DNA from: a virus | Direction: 5' to 3' (one strand) | Virus record (IMG/VR): IMGVR_UViG_3300047476_001057 | Span: 32,001 to 96,000 of that record | DNA length: 64,000 bases | Shown: piece by piece, positions 44,509-56,800 of the stretch | How the letters are laid out: every line of letters begins with the position of its first letter | How positions within the stretch are numbered: position 1 is the first letter of the stretch | Program-made: the position numbers and the translations under genes | Notes under the pieces: generated by a model | Database searches by the model: none | Told to the model about the DNA's origin: nothing | What the model saw: the letters and a program-made list of their open reading frames with translations, nothing else

Positions 44509-47499
44509 ATGGCAACATTTATACAAGGTGTAACTGATACGAACTTAGATCCGGTGCTTTTCACACCGGACTATAGTTTTTTGAGATACAACCTACAGAA
44601 GAAGTCTGCTCAGTACGAGCAGGGTTTGAAATCTGTATCAAATGCTTATGGCTCTCTAAAGAAAGAGTTGAGTGATCCCATTAACGTAGAAAGAAGGGAC
44701 AACTATCTAAAAGCTGCTGAAACAGAACTGCAAAAGATTGCATCAGCTGATCTGTCTTTACAGCAGAATGTGAATGCTGCTAACGCTATCTTTGATCCAA
44801 TTGCTACTGATCCTGCCATTGCTTTTGATGCTTATCATACAAGTCGTATTAAACGTGAGCTTTCTGAAATGGAAAGCTGGGCTGACTCAGAAGACATGGC
44901 TACACGTAAAAAATTTAACAATGAGATATACAGCTGGTTGAAACGTGACTTAGATGGTTTAAAAAACGGTAATGGTGATATTAAGAACTATAAAGTTCAG
45001 GGACGTAAAGCCTGGGCTTTTGTAGATGCTCAAGATATTGTCAACCAGGCTGCTAAGGACATGGGTTACAAAATAGAAAATGATTCTCTTGGTCAACCCT
45101 ATATTATAACTACCATTGGTGGAAAAACCAACAGAGAGAGTTATGAACTTTTTGCTCAAAATGTTCTTGCTGCTAACCCTGTTTACCAGCAACAAACAAA
45201 GATTTTGGGTCAGGCAAGAATAGAAAATATTCTTGATTTTTATAAAAATGATCCTCTTAATGCCGGACTAGACAAAACACAACTTCTTAATAAGTATTCA
45301 GATGTTGCTTACACAGAAGGACGCAACAGGCAAAAAGGTTATATAGAAAATCTTAATGAAAAGCTGGCTGTACAAAAGGCAGACTACATTGCTTTTCATG
45401 CTGCCAATCCTAATCCCCAAGGTGAGACACTTGCTCTTATGCAACGAAAACTGGCAGATCTTAATCAGTTTAAAAGTCAGGTAGATAACATTCAAAAAGA
45501 GTATAGTAATACTTATGGTGCAGATGATGCAGCTTTTAAACTGAAGAAAGAAAACTTTACCAAGCAGTTTATTGAGAATCCTGAAGGTTATTTTGCTAAC
45601 CAGGTAAGAACAGAAGATGTGGTGCGTTGGTCTAATATCCGTTCGTCTTTTGGTACTGTATCAATCAAACCTGACCAAGGATATATATCTATGGTCAATG
45701 CTGCTGATAAAGCTTTGAACACTTTGAATAATATCAAGGATGATCAGTTTGACAACCAGATGGACGTTGAAGAACTTAAAGTGAAACAGCTCAATGCTGC
45801 TCTTAAGTTACAAGGTAAAACTGCTACTGGAGAACGCAAGAAGAACGCAGATGGTACTGATAAACTTCCGGATATAGAATTCAACGGTATCAGTTCTACA
45901 CAGGTAAATGTTACTACAAAGATTGATCAGCTTAAAGATGAACTAGCCTTGGCTAAAGCTGGAGCAATTACTAATATGACAAGCACCTTTGGTGGATTGT
46001 ATTTGTTAGAGAATATGGGTACTAAACCAGAAGATGTAGCATTGATCCGACAGTTCTTTACCAACCAACAGTTTCAAAGTAATGCCAAACCTACTAAAGA
46101 ACAGGGAGTAGCATTAAAGAATGCTTACAGAAATCTCTTTTCTTTTGTAAAACTTAATAACAGGGATGAAGCTCTCACTGAGATGAGAGGGCAGGTAGAT
46201 AAGAATATATCAATTGATAAAGTAGATTTTCCAGGCTTGTTGAAAAAAGCTGTTGCCAATTATGTACCCAAAGATGAAGAAGAAAAACAAGCCATTCGTA
46301 ACATCTTTGAGTATGACAAGAACCAGGCTTTGATTAAAACAAAGACAGATGCTATCAATAAAGGAGTAAACTTTGTTGGCAAGACCATCATGAACCAAAC
46401 GGATGAGGAATTAAAAAAGTTAGTCAAGAAAGAAGGTGATGATTATCGTTTACTAGATAAGAATGATGTAAAAGAATGGTTCAACGGTTTAAAAACCAGT
46501 GGTCAATTAAATGATGCTCAGCTTGAAGAACTTGCTGGAGCTTATATAAACGGTAAAGTAAAAGTTAATATTACTAAACCAGAAGGAGCAGCTTCTGCAG
46601 CTCGTAGTGGTGGCAGTACTTTGGGATATGTAGATATAACATACAATGATAAAAAGTATTATTTAAACGGAACCAATCCTAATATTATTAATTCTGCTGA
46701 TTATATAAAACTTTCTAAACGGATTAATGAGCGTATTCCTGTACCTGAGTTTGAAGCATCTGTACCAGGTGCTGTGGTAAAAGGTTCTGCTGGCTATATT
46801 TTCCGTGGAGACACAAAAGAAAAGACCAGGGAATTTTTGGCTAGTCCTACTCAGGATAATTCAAACATATTTATAAGTGAAGACGGAACTGCTAATGGAT
46901 ATGCCCAGGTAGATCCGGAACAACAAAAACAAATCAGATCTGCTCTTGCCAGTAAGGAAAATGTGGAGATGGTCAAGCTTTGGGTTAACTCTCCTATTAA
47001 TGAAGGAAAGCAGGTGGTTGAAGTAACTTTTGCTGCTCCTAAAAGTGAGAAGGATACTAATCCAGCTGCAGGAAAAACTTTTTATTTTCCTATTAACGTA
47101 AATGAAAGAACATCTGATATCTTCAAAACATTTGCAGAAGTAAATGATGAGTTTTCTAACTACTCTACTAAGAACGAACCTTATGTGATGGACTATCACC
47201 AGGCTTCTGGTGTAATGGCAAAGATATATGCTGATCAACCCGGTTCACGTACAGGAACAGTAAGAGTATATACTAAATATGATCCTGTTACACGTCAGTA
47301 TGGTGATACATGGATCGAGCAGAAACCTTTACAGTTTAATCTTAATAACATTTCTTTTTCAGAACTTAAGGATGTTATTTACAATGATGTATTAAGTCCT
47401 TATGTTTCTTCACATATGGCTTATACAAAACAGATGCAAACTCAGCAGGCTGCTCAAGGAACTTCAAATCCCTGGAACCAGTTAAAGTTAAACTGGTAA
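44509..47499 (+). CDS. Large cargo / ejection protein
   Basis: 996 aa, helical N-half (FTPDYSFL..QYEQGLKSVSNAY); position before the vRNAP genes. Confidence 0.55.
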   Translation: MATFIQGVTDTNLDPVLFTPDYSFLRYNLQKKSAQYEQGLKSVSNAYGSLKKELSDPINVERRDNYLKAAETELQKIASADLSLQQNVNAANAIFDPIATDPAIAFDAYHTSRIKRELSEMESWADSEDMATRKKFNNEIYSWLKRDLDGLKNGNGDIKNYKVQGRKAWAFVDAQDIVNQAAKDMGYKIENDSLGQPYIITTIGGKTNRESYELFAQNVLAANPVYQQQTKILGQARIENILDFYKNDPLNAGLDKTQLLNKYSDVAYTEGRNRQKGYIENLNEKLAVQKADYIAFHAANPNPQGETLALMQRKLADLNQFKSQVDNIQKEYSNTYGADDAAFKLKKENFTKQFIENPEGYFANQVRTEDVVRWSNIRSSFGTVSIKPDQGYISMVNAADKALNTLNNIKDDQFDNQMDVEELKVKQLNAALKLQGKTATGERKKNADGTDKLPDIEFNGISSTQVNVTTKIDQLKDELALAKAGAITNMTSTFGGLYLLENMGTKPEDVALIRQFFTNQQFQSNAKPTKEQGVALKNAYRNLFSFVKLNNRDEALTEMRGQVDKNISIDKVDFPGLLKKAVANYVPKDEEEKQAIRNIFEYDKNQALIKTKTDAINKGVNFVGKTIMNQTDEELKKLVKKEGDDYRLLDKNDVKEWFNGLKTSGQLNDAQLEELAGAYINGKVKVNITKPEGAASAARSGGSTLGYVDITYNDKKYYLNGTNPNIINSADYIKLSKRINERIPVPEFEASVPGAVVKGSAGYIFRGDTKEKTREFLASPTQDNSNIFISEDGTANGYAQVDPEQQKQIRSALASKENVEMVKLWVNSPINEGKQVVEVTFAAPKSEKDTNPAAGKTFYFPINVNERTSDIFKTFAEVNDEFSNYSTKNEPYVMDYHQASGVMAKIYADQPGSRTGTVRVYTKYDPVTRQYGDTWIEQKPLQFNLNNISFSELKDVIYNDVLSPYVSSHMAYTKQMQTQQAAQGTSNPWNQLKLNW

Positions 47500-47501
47500 G
47501 T

Positions 47502-50500
47502 GTGAACCCTATGGAAAAATTTACAATAGATCCTGGTTTATATCTGCCTTCAGATCCTTTGCCACAGGCTATTTCTCCTGTCATACAAGACTATGAGAAC
47601 AGCGGTGCTTTTATACAATCACAGCAGGATTATGCTGACAGCATTTCTATGCCTGGTGACAGCATTACTGATCTTATAAATAAGGTGGAACAATACCAGG
47701 CTCAGAGTCGTGCTCTTCTTGATCAAGGCAATCCAGAAATTCCTGTTGGTCCCGGTTATCAGTTTAATATGAATGGTGTCATGAACAAACTTGCCCGTTC
47801 TTTAAATCCTGAGAAACCAACACTACAGGCATCAGCTGCTCCAATGACTCTTGGTTCTCAGAGTGACTTTGATCGTTATGCACAAAGTGAAGACTTTCAG
47901 ACATTTGGTTATGTTCCTTCTTTAGGAAGTGAGCAGGAATACCGCTATGGTCGTGCAATGACCTGGGGAGACACCGTGGGTAAAGCATTTGCTGGTGGTT
48001 CTGCACTAGCCTGGGATACTTTTGTAGAAGGATGGAAAGGTTGGGGAAGAATGACGGAAGCTCTTTTTACGTGGGATTCTTCAAAGCTAATGGGATCTGA
48101 AGAAGAACGCTATGAGATAGCTAAAAAACAAGAAGAGATATTTAATAAGTATGCTATTTATAATACTGCTGAATCAGAAGACTCTCTTCTAAACAGACAG
48201 TTTTTTGGTAACATGTTGCAGCAAACCGGATTTACAGTAGGTGCGTTGGGTCAGATGGCTCTTGAAACATATCTCACTGCCGGTTTTGGAAAAGCTATCA
48301 GTGCTGCAGTGGGTGGAATTGGTAAAGCAAGAGGGCTTAAGACAGCCATGAATGTTGGAGAACTTATTAACGATACCCGTAAGGTTCAACAGGTCATCTC
48401 TAACACACAAAAGGTAAACAATGCTCTTAAACTTATTCCCCGTTCTATAGTACCTCTCTATGGTACAGCAGAAGATATGATTAAAGCTGGTAAAGCTGGT
48501 GCAGGTACTTTACAACTTGGTATGCTGCTTGGTGGAGGTATTAAACGTGAGTTGAGTATATTTAATATGGCTCGTTCAGAAGCCATATTTGAAGCAGCTT
48601 CTACATATAAAGAACTTGAAAATAAACTTGTGCAGGACTTTGTTAACACTAATGGACGTGAGCCAAGTGTAACAGAGCTGGAAACTATAAGGCAAACAGC
48701 AGACAATGCTTCTGCGGACAACTTTGCTACCAATCTGGGTATTCTTACACTAATGAATAGAATTCAGTTTGGTAACATGTTTAAAAACTTTAATACATCC
48801 CGTAAGATATTTAGCAGTAATGCTACTGCCTTGGGTGATGATGTATTTGAAGTGAGTGGAAAAGTGGGAGATAAAACGATAAAGAAAGTATATGAAAAAG
48901 GATTTGTAGGAAGACTTGGAGCTGTAAGAGATATTTCTAAAACTTTTGGAAAAAAGAAAGCAGCATGGGAAGCTGCAAAATCAGCAGGTCTTGGTATTAT
49001 GAAGTTTGAAGGATCTGAAGGTGCTCAGGAACTCTTGCAAGAAGCTTCTAATAAAGGACTTAGTGCTTACTATTATGATCTTTATAATGGTAAGAAAGGA
49101 TATAGTTCTAAGATTGATAATGTACTTTCCAGTATACAAAATCCTATCACTGACATTGATGGTGCAAAAACGTTTTTAATGGGGGCCTTAACAGGTCGTT
49201 TTATTGCACCGTTCTCTTATGCAGGAGGTAAGTTGTTTGCAGGTAAAGAAGGAAAAGAAATAGCAGCTAAAAAAAGAGAAGCTGTAAATATCATTAACAC
49301 TTTTTATACTGACCCTACTCAATATACAAAGGAGTGGATAGCTAACGTAAAGGTGCAAAACCGTGCAGCTGAAAACATGGAACAGGCTGTTGCTAACGGT
49401 GACAAATATACGTTCTATAATACTAAAGACTCTGCTTTTGCAAAAGCTGTTTCTTCAGCTATCAAGCTAAATATGTATGAGTCTTTGAAAGGTACACTAA
49501 CTGAACTTGGACAGGACCTTACAGAGCAAGAGTTTAAAGAAGCGTTTAACATGGATGCCACTGCAGCTAACCGTGAAAACGTTCAGCAGTTTATGGGTAA
49601 GGTTGTAGGTCAGATGGACGAATATTACACCCTTTACAATAACTTAAAAGATAAGTACGGAGACAGGATTGTTCCTGAGCTCTATCGTTATAATAAGCCT
49701 GAGGAGTATGAGCGTGTAAAGATTGCCAAGATAGCTCTTGACAATGCTATTGAGATGCTTACTACCAACGTATTCAAAGCACGCCAGACTACTAAAAGAG
49801 CAGCACAACTCCAGAGTGAGATAGCTGCCAATGCTAACATTGGTGCTTCTTCTATAGAAGTATTAAATAAGTTGGGCAGTGAGCAGTCTATAGGTGATCA
49901 TATCAGCATGCTTAACAAAGAGATCGGCTTTTATGAAAAAGCTGAGACACTAGATGCTGAACAGAAAGCCATACTTAATCTAAAGAAACAGGAACTCAAA
50001 CTTAGCCAGGCATGGCAGGATGCGTTTGAAGATGTAATGACCGGTCAGGGTGAAAGTTTTTTTGAAGAAGGATCCATTAAAAAGATTTATGAAGCATATG
50101 AGAACCTGGTAAACTTTTATAACAAAAGTGAAGAAAAGAATGTCTCTGTTTCTATAGAAGATATAGAAGACAACTTTACCAAGTTCCTGGATTACATACA
50201 GCTTAACAAAGATGGCAAAGCTTATATAGATGCCATGAACCTTCTTGCTGACCCTTACAACATGAATCTCATCATAGAAGCTACCAAGTCTTCTATAGAC
50301 GAGATGGGTAAGATCATGCAAAAGGAACACCTTGAAGAGGTAAACAAGATAGCTGAAGATCCCAAGCCTCCTGTTGAAGTGCCTCCTGCTGAAGATCCTG
50401 TTCCTCCTGCTACTGATCCGGTGGTTGTCACCACTACTGAAACAGCACAACCAGCCACTGAAATACAACCTGAAGTTAAACCGGCAGAGAATGCCGAGAT

Positions 50501-50828
50501 GGAAAATGCTCTTAAGAATGCTTATGATAAGTATAAAGCAGATGCAGAAAGAGCTGGTAATCCTGTAGCCAACTATGACCAGTGGAAAGACTTTAGTGCT
50601 GCTGCAAAAGAAATCCGCAAAGGATTTCAAGCTGCCCCTGCTACAGAACAGACAGAGGAACAACCAGAGACCTATGCAGAACAGTTTGATGTGGCTGCTG
50701 TCAATACAGAAAACATATCAGAAGATGTTGTAGATCAAATATTGAGTTCTACAAAATCAGAAAAAAGTGATAACTTTGAGAACAAGGTTGATGACTTTTT
50801 TACTAACCTGACCGTTTGTAATATCTAA
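47502..50828 (+). CDS. Large cargo / ejection protein with hydrophobic, Gly/Ala-rich helices (possible membrane channel component)
   Basis: 1108 aa; GFTVGALGQMALETYLTAGFG, RSEAIFEAA and EGSEGAQELLQE motifs typical of podophage ejection proteins; P/E/A-rich C-terminal linker. Confidence 0.55.
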   Translation: MNPMEKFTIDPGLYLPSDPLPQAISPVIQDYENSGAFIQSQQDYADSISMPGDSITDLINKVEQYQAQSRALLDQGNPEIPVGPGYQFNMNGVMNKLARSLNPEKPTLQASAAPMTLGSQSDFDRYAQSEDFQTFGYVPSLGSEQEYRYGRAMTWGDTVGKAFAGGSALAWDTFVEGWKGWGRMTEALFTWDSSKLMGSEEERYEIAKKQEEIFNKYAIYNTAESEDSLLNRQFFGNMLQQTGFTVGALGQMALETYLTAGFGKAISAAVGGIGKARGLKTAMNVGELINDTRKVQQVISNTQKVNNALKLIPRSIVPLYGTAEDMIKAGKAGAGTLQLGMLLGGGIKRELSIFNMARSEAIFEAASTYKELENKLVQDFVNTNGREPSVTELETIRQTADNASADNFATNLGILTLMNRIQFGNMFKNFNTSRKIFSSNATALGDDVFEVSGKVGDKTIKKVYEKGFVGRLGAVRDISKTFGKKKAAWEAAKSAGLGIMKFEGSEGAQELLQEASNKGLSAYYYDLYNGKKGYSSKIDNVLSSIQNPITDIDGAKTFLMGALTGRFIAPFSYAGGKLFAGKEGKEIAAKKREAVNIINTFYTDPTQYTKEWIANVKVQNRAAENMEQAVANGDKYTFYNTKDSAFAKAVSSAIKLNMYESLKGTLTELGQDLTEQEFKEAFNMDATAANRENVQQFMGKVVGQMDEYYTLYNNLKDKYGDRIVPELYRYNKPEEYERVKIAKIALDNAIEMLTTNVFKARQTTKRAAQLQSEIAANANIGASSIEVLNKLGSEQSIGDHISMLNKEIGFYEKAETLDAEQKAILNLKKQELKLSQAWQDAFEDVMTGQGESFFEEGSIKKIYEAYENLVNFYNKSEEKNVSVSIEDIEDNFTKFLDYIQLNKDGKAYIDAMNLLADPYNMNLIIEATKSSIDEMGKIMQKEHLEEVNKIAEDPKPPVEVPPAEDPVPPATDPVVVTTTETAQPATEIQPEVKPAENAEMENALKNAYDKYKADAERAGNPVANYDQWKDFSAAAKEIRKGFQAAPATEQTEEQPETYAEQFDVAAVNTENISEDVVDQILSSTKSEKSDNFENKVDDFFTNLTVCNI

Positions 50829-50836
50829 TATACCCT

Positions 50837-53800
50837 ATGAACAAGTGTAGTATAAGTATCCAGACTTTTGCTGACTTTACCAAGCAACTGTTGGCACAAG
50901 ATGCCAAGTATAAAAACTTTGCAGAAGTGGCAAAGTTTATCATCAAACGTCCTGGACAACCGGATAGTGTAAAGATGGTAGCTCTTAAAGGGCTTGCCAA
51001 GATATATGACCAGCTGTCTAAAAAAGATAACACTTTTAGTTTCTCTGCAGATGACAGCAAGATCATTGATGTAGACCTTGAGAAGGATAACTTAGAAACA
51101 CAGTTTAAGAATATTGCTGCTAACTACCAGGTGCGTCCGGTAAGTGGTCCTTCTATAGACGCTATCAGAAGTGACATAAAGAACCTTGCAACACTTCCTG
51201 TATTACAGCTGCAAGATGCTGTTACCAAAATCGTAAAAGACATAGCGGCCCTTGCCAAGACCAACTTCCGTAAGAGTGCAGACGAGATGGTTAAGTCTAT
51301 TGGTGAACTCTATGACAGAGCTATCAATGAACTTGCAAAGAATACAGGTGTAAGTCCTATCATCCGTAACTCTCTCACACAGCTTCTTAACACAGAAAAG
51401 AACATTGCTACAGAAGCTGCCAGTGATTATATACCCTTAAAGAACACTATCTATGGTGACACCAAGCTTATTGTAAAGAAAGATGGTAGTGTGTTTGAAG
51501 TGTTAAAAGACAACAATGGTAAGTTTATAGACATTAACTCACAGGATGGTACAACCGAAGTTGTATTTGACAGAAGTGCCGGTGACCAGTTGTTTAATCT
51601 CAGGGTTGACTCTTCACCTTTTGTAGGTGGTAATGATGGTACACAGTATATTTTTTCTCACAATGAACTGAGAAATGGTATGAACCTCCGTGACCGTACC
51701 GGAAAAGTGATGACCAACCAACTTCTTGGTTTGGACAATCCCCTTTCTGCTTTAGAAGTAATAGCATCACGTACAGAGGTAGACCGCAACCAGGATCGTA
51801 TCCGCAGGATCCGTACTGAGATCCCTAACCGTACACTTGAAACACAGGAAGTAGCCTCACAGCAAAAAGCTTTGCTTGCAGGAAGTCCTGTACTCACTGT
51901 GTTTTCTCCAGTAGATGGAGCACAGATCCAGTTCAGAATTCCTGGACAACAGGGAGCTATGATACTATACGGTATAGATAACTATGCTATAGTTTATCCT
52001 GATAACCGCACAGTGCCTGTTGACTTTTCTGAGTCTCAGAAAGAACTTATTCTAAAGCTTGCCCGTAAGAACACCACTAATGAAAACGGTGTAAACGTAA
52101 CAGAACCTCTTACAGAGGAGGACTTCTATAACCTGAAAGCCAGCTACGAGAAGTTTAAAGATTTCAAGAAAGCTGTACAGGAAATACTTGACCTTAACAA
52201 AGACCAGGCTGAGGTTGTCTTACCGCAGGCTTTGGTTAATACATATATCAGTCTTGCCCGTACAGGTGAGACTATTGCTGTTGCCCCCACTGCCGATCAG
52301 CAAGCTAGTTTATCTACACTTTTAAATAAAGAAGGCAATCCTGGTCAAATTAGCTTTAACGTTGTTGAAGCTCTTGATGATGAAAACTACTCAGAACCAC
52401 GCCGCGTAACCAAACCGATCATGGTTGCCAAGCAGGGTGGTGTGTGGACATTCATATCAGACCTGAAGGGTAATGAGATGATAGCAGTAGAGCGTGATGG
52501 CAAGACAGAATACATAACGTTTTCTGACTACATGCAAAACGTTCTTAATGTTTCTCCTGAGATTACTATACCAAATTTCCCAAGTGCTTTTGCATGGTTG
52601 TACCAGAAAGCTAACGGTAAGTTTCAACCTATTGCACTTAAGTATACACCTGTAGAAACAAGTGCAGATATTGCACGTCTTGCCATGGGCTTTGGTCAGC
52701 TGATCAAAAAGATGAATGATCCCCAGGCTGAAGGACCGAGAGAGCTCAGAAACTTCAACCTGAACAACTTTGGGTTTTCTCCTTACAACCCAACAGGAGC
52801 AACCAGCTTTGCCGGTGACTTTGATAGTTTCAAAGATCCAAGTGGTGAACGCAGTGTATCTATCCAGATCCATCCTATGACTATGAACTGGAGCCAAGTG
52901 CCACGTGATGTAAGAAAAGCTCTTACTATTTACATAGACGTTCCTGTAATGAATGCATTCTTACAGGTGGTACGTAAGGCTGCAGAGATGCCTGCCTTTA
53001 AATCACAGAAGCTTGACCTGAACACAACTGCCGGCAGAAATGCCCTGGTGAAGTTTATAGATGAAGATCCTCAGCTCCGTAAAGAGTTAATGGGTGCTTA
53101 TGAAGATATCAATACCCATATCTACCGTAAGTTTCAGGGTATAGGAGAGAAGCTTACCAAGACTTCTTATAACGGTGAGTTTGACATACCTAAGATCTAC
53201 ACCATTATGGAAAATGAGAAGAGTGATCTTAGTGGCAGATGGAAGCTTAAAGTGAAGGACCGTCAAAGTGGTAAGGATATAACCAACATGGATAACTACC
53301 GTAGCATGACTACGGAAGAAGTGTTCAGCTTTGGTGGTATACAAGCTGTGTTTGCAGGACCAAATGTTTCTGCTGTACAGACAGTAAACAAACCGGCACC
53401 GGTAACACAAAACCCGGCTAACAATACTGCTGCAGATAATGTACCTGGTACTACAGGTGGTATGCAGATAGACCTTGACTTTGAAGACGGAGCTTTTGAG
53501 CTTGCCATGGACACAGAGCTTTTCCAGGCTTACCAGGCAGGACAGTTCCAGCAGGAGCTTGACTGGATCAAGGCTAACCTTCCTAAAGATATAACAGTAG
53601 AAGACCTTGCCGAGATCATGGATGATCTGAAAGCTGAAGGTCGTGTACTTGGTTACTTTAGAGACAGGGTTATCTACCTTAACGAGCAACTTTCAGGCAG
53701 GGGATCTGGATACCATGAAGCATTCCATGGTGTGTTTCGTAAACTCATGGACGCTGCAACACGTGAGCGTTATCTAAACCTTGCTAAAGAAAAGATGGGA

Positions 53801-56800
53801 GCTGTTTCCAAAGAGCAGATTCAGGAGTTCCGTCAGAGACGTTCTCTCTATCATCTTTCTAATGCACAGGTAGTAGACCGTATGGCAGAAGAATACCTGG
53901 CTGACAGGTTTAAGTCATATAAGTTAGAAGGACGTGGTGCCCAGGAAGGATGGTTAAAGAAACTTCTAAACCTAATAGACAGCATCATTCGTTTCTTTAA
54001 CAAGAACTATAAAGAGATAGACAGCCTGTTCCAGAGAATAGACACAGGTTTCTATAAGAACGCACAGATAGTAGGAGAATTCAAGGAAGGAGCGTTTGAA
54101 ATGCTGCCTACCCGCAGCACTCTTGTAACAGGACCAAACGGTAAAGCTGTACAGAGAAAGAACTTCCTTAATAAGATTGAGCAGGCACAGCTTGTTAACC
54201 GTCTTGCTGAACTGGCTTCTTTCTCAGTAGGTAAAAACTTTGAAGAGAAGTTTGCAGCAGCCCGTAAAGAGTTAATTGCTGAACTAAACATAGATAACCT
54301 GGTAGCCCAGAATCCTTCAGAGGAAGCAGCTATTCGTGCACGTTACGAATCTATCCTCCAGGATAAACTATACACACTTGGTGTACCTGTATCCATGATC
54401 AATGAAACAAGTAATGCTGCTATGGACCAGAACATTAGTCTGATCCAGGCGGACCCTGCACAGCTGGCAGCTTATAACAAGCAGCAGGCTGATGCACTGA
54501 AGTCACTGAAGCAGCAGGTAAACCAGAAGCTGAACAAGATTTCTATAGCAAACATGTACTTTGATCCTGAAGCTATGCTCAGTGAAGAGGAGTTTGATGA
54601 AGATGATCTTGGTGATGAAACAAACTACGAGGATAGCTTTGTAAACATGAACACCCTGGATGGTCTTAGCCGCCAGTTCCGTTCATTCTTTGGGCTGATC
54701 TCTTACATCCATACAGATGACCTAGGTATAAAAACTACCCGCATGGTAGATGGAGCTACAGTGTTTGATACCATGATGAAGATCTTGGCTGACACTCCTG
54801 TAGAGAACATGATGACCCGTATGGAAGAGACCCTTGAAAAGATGCTGGAGTCTGAGAACATGCTGGCATATGAGCGTCTTAATGCAGTATGGGATAAGAT
54901 GAAGAAGTACTTCGGTCTTAACGAAGACAACCAGCCTACACGTAACACCAACCTGTACAACCAGTTTATTGATGTATTCAATGTAGCTGATCTTTCTACA
55001 GATGTTTATTATGTAAACACACGTAATGACTCTTCATCACTAAGGGTTATTGATGCCACTATACAAAATGACATCAACCAGTACTACGAGAAGCTGAGAA
55101 GAAAGTATGAGACCAGCTTCATGAAGAAGTCTGTTAAAGAGCGTGAAGAGATCCTGCGTCTGGCTAAATCTGTTATCAAAACAGAAGTGACCACACCAAC
55201 AGACTTGGGTAGCCAGAGTTTTAACTCACTGAAGGCTAGAGCCAAGAAAGTACACAAGGCTCTATCTGATATGGGTATAGTGCTGCCTTTGCATACTATC
55301 ACTTACTCACTCATTGCTATTGACGTAAAAGAAAACAAAGTGGAGCTTAAACCTAAGAGCAAAGCTTTGAAGCAATACATCCTTGACCAGGAGTTGATCA
55401 ACACTGGTGCCTACCTTGACAAAGACTTCTTTGACAAGCTTGTTAGATATGTAGATGAAAACACTAACATCTTTGACAAGACTGTAGATAAAGATATTGC
55501 TGCAGATGGTACACTGGGTCTTAGTGATCTTGAAAAGAACCAGCTCCGTTTAAAGAAGAGAGGTCTTGGTCTTATCAATTCTGTACTGAAGAAGACCGGA
55601 CGCTACGTTGTTAAATATGATCTTGACACTGTAGTTTCTGTGTTCCGTAATGCAGAAGGTAAGAACGTTTACCGTTATGTACGTTACACGCCACCACTGG
55701 TTATCTCCCAGTCTTTGAGAGAGAACGGATGGCAGGGTACTTATACTAACTTCCCTGTTATTGCAAGATTCTTGCAGGACAACCCACTCACTGCTAACAA
55801 ACCTGAGAACCTGCTCTACTTACAGAACCTTGAGCTCAGAACTTTTGGTGGTGCACGCCAGACACTCAAAGGTGTAGAGCGTGACGGTGTTACTGCAAAG
55901 ACTATTGACACTGCAGGATACTATCTTTCTTATGTGCTGATGTCTATGAACCGTAAGACAACGGTTAATAACAATGCAGCTATCACCACTTTCTCAAGGA
56001 TGCTTACACAGAATGAGGCATCTAACACTATATACATGGTACCTAATCTTTACAAGAGAATGGTTACCAGTGCTGGTTATGTATCTGAAGACAAGCAGAA
56101 CCTGGTAGTAAAAGGTTTTGTAGATGTTATCAAGCAGGAATACCAGCGTATACAAAGAGAGTGGGCTACACGTAATGACCAGAACAAGGAGAAGTTTAAT
56201 AACTACAACGCTGTTTTGAACCAGGACGGATCTGTAAACACAGAAGATCCATCTCTGCGTGCATACAACTTTAACATGCTGGCAGACTTCTTTGAGTTTA
56301 ACAATCCTGCATCCAGGACTGCTAATCCTCAGCGTGCTGACATCCGTAACCAGCTTATACAAAGTGCAAAAGATGGTGTGAAGTTTGACAAGCTTGACCT
56401 TGGTGCACTGGAGCGTGAGCTTCTTAACTATGCAGAAGAGAAGTTTGCTGCCCACTTAGATATACTGAAGTCTTACAAGCTTGTTGAAGAAGACCAGCAG
56501 ACTGGTGGACTTACAAGCCGTCTGATCCCTGACAGCTACAGTGTTGATGGTACATCTGTCAGTATTGAGACAGAAGATTCCAACCTGGAGTCTTATCTTA
56601 AAGATGTATACTTCAACGTATTTATAAACAACCTGCAGGTATCACAGTTCTTTGACGGTGATATTGCCATGGGTGTTAAGAACTTTGCTGACTACTTTAA
56701 GCGTCAGAAGATGAACGTTGCTGCCGGTCCTTCTATGAAGAGTGGTAGCCATAATGTAGCTTATGTAGATGAGATCACTTTCCTTATCAATGAGTCTGAA

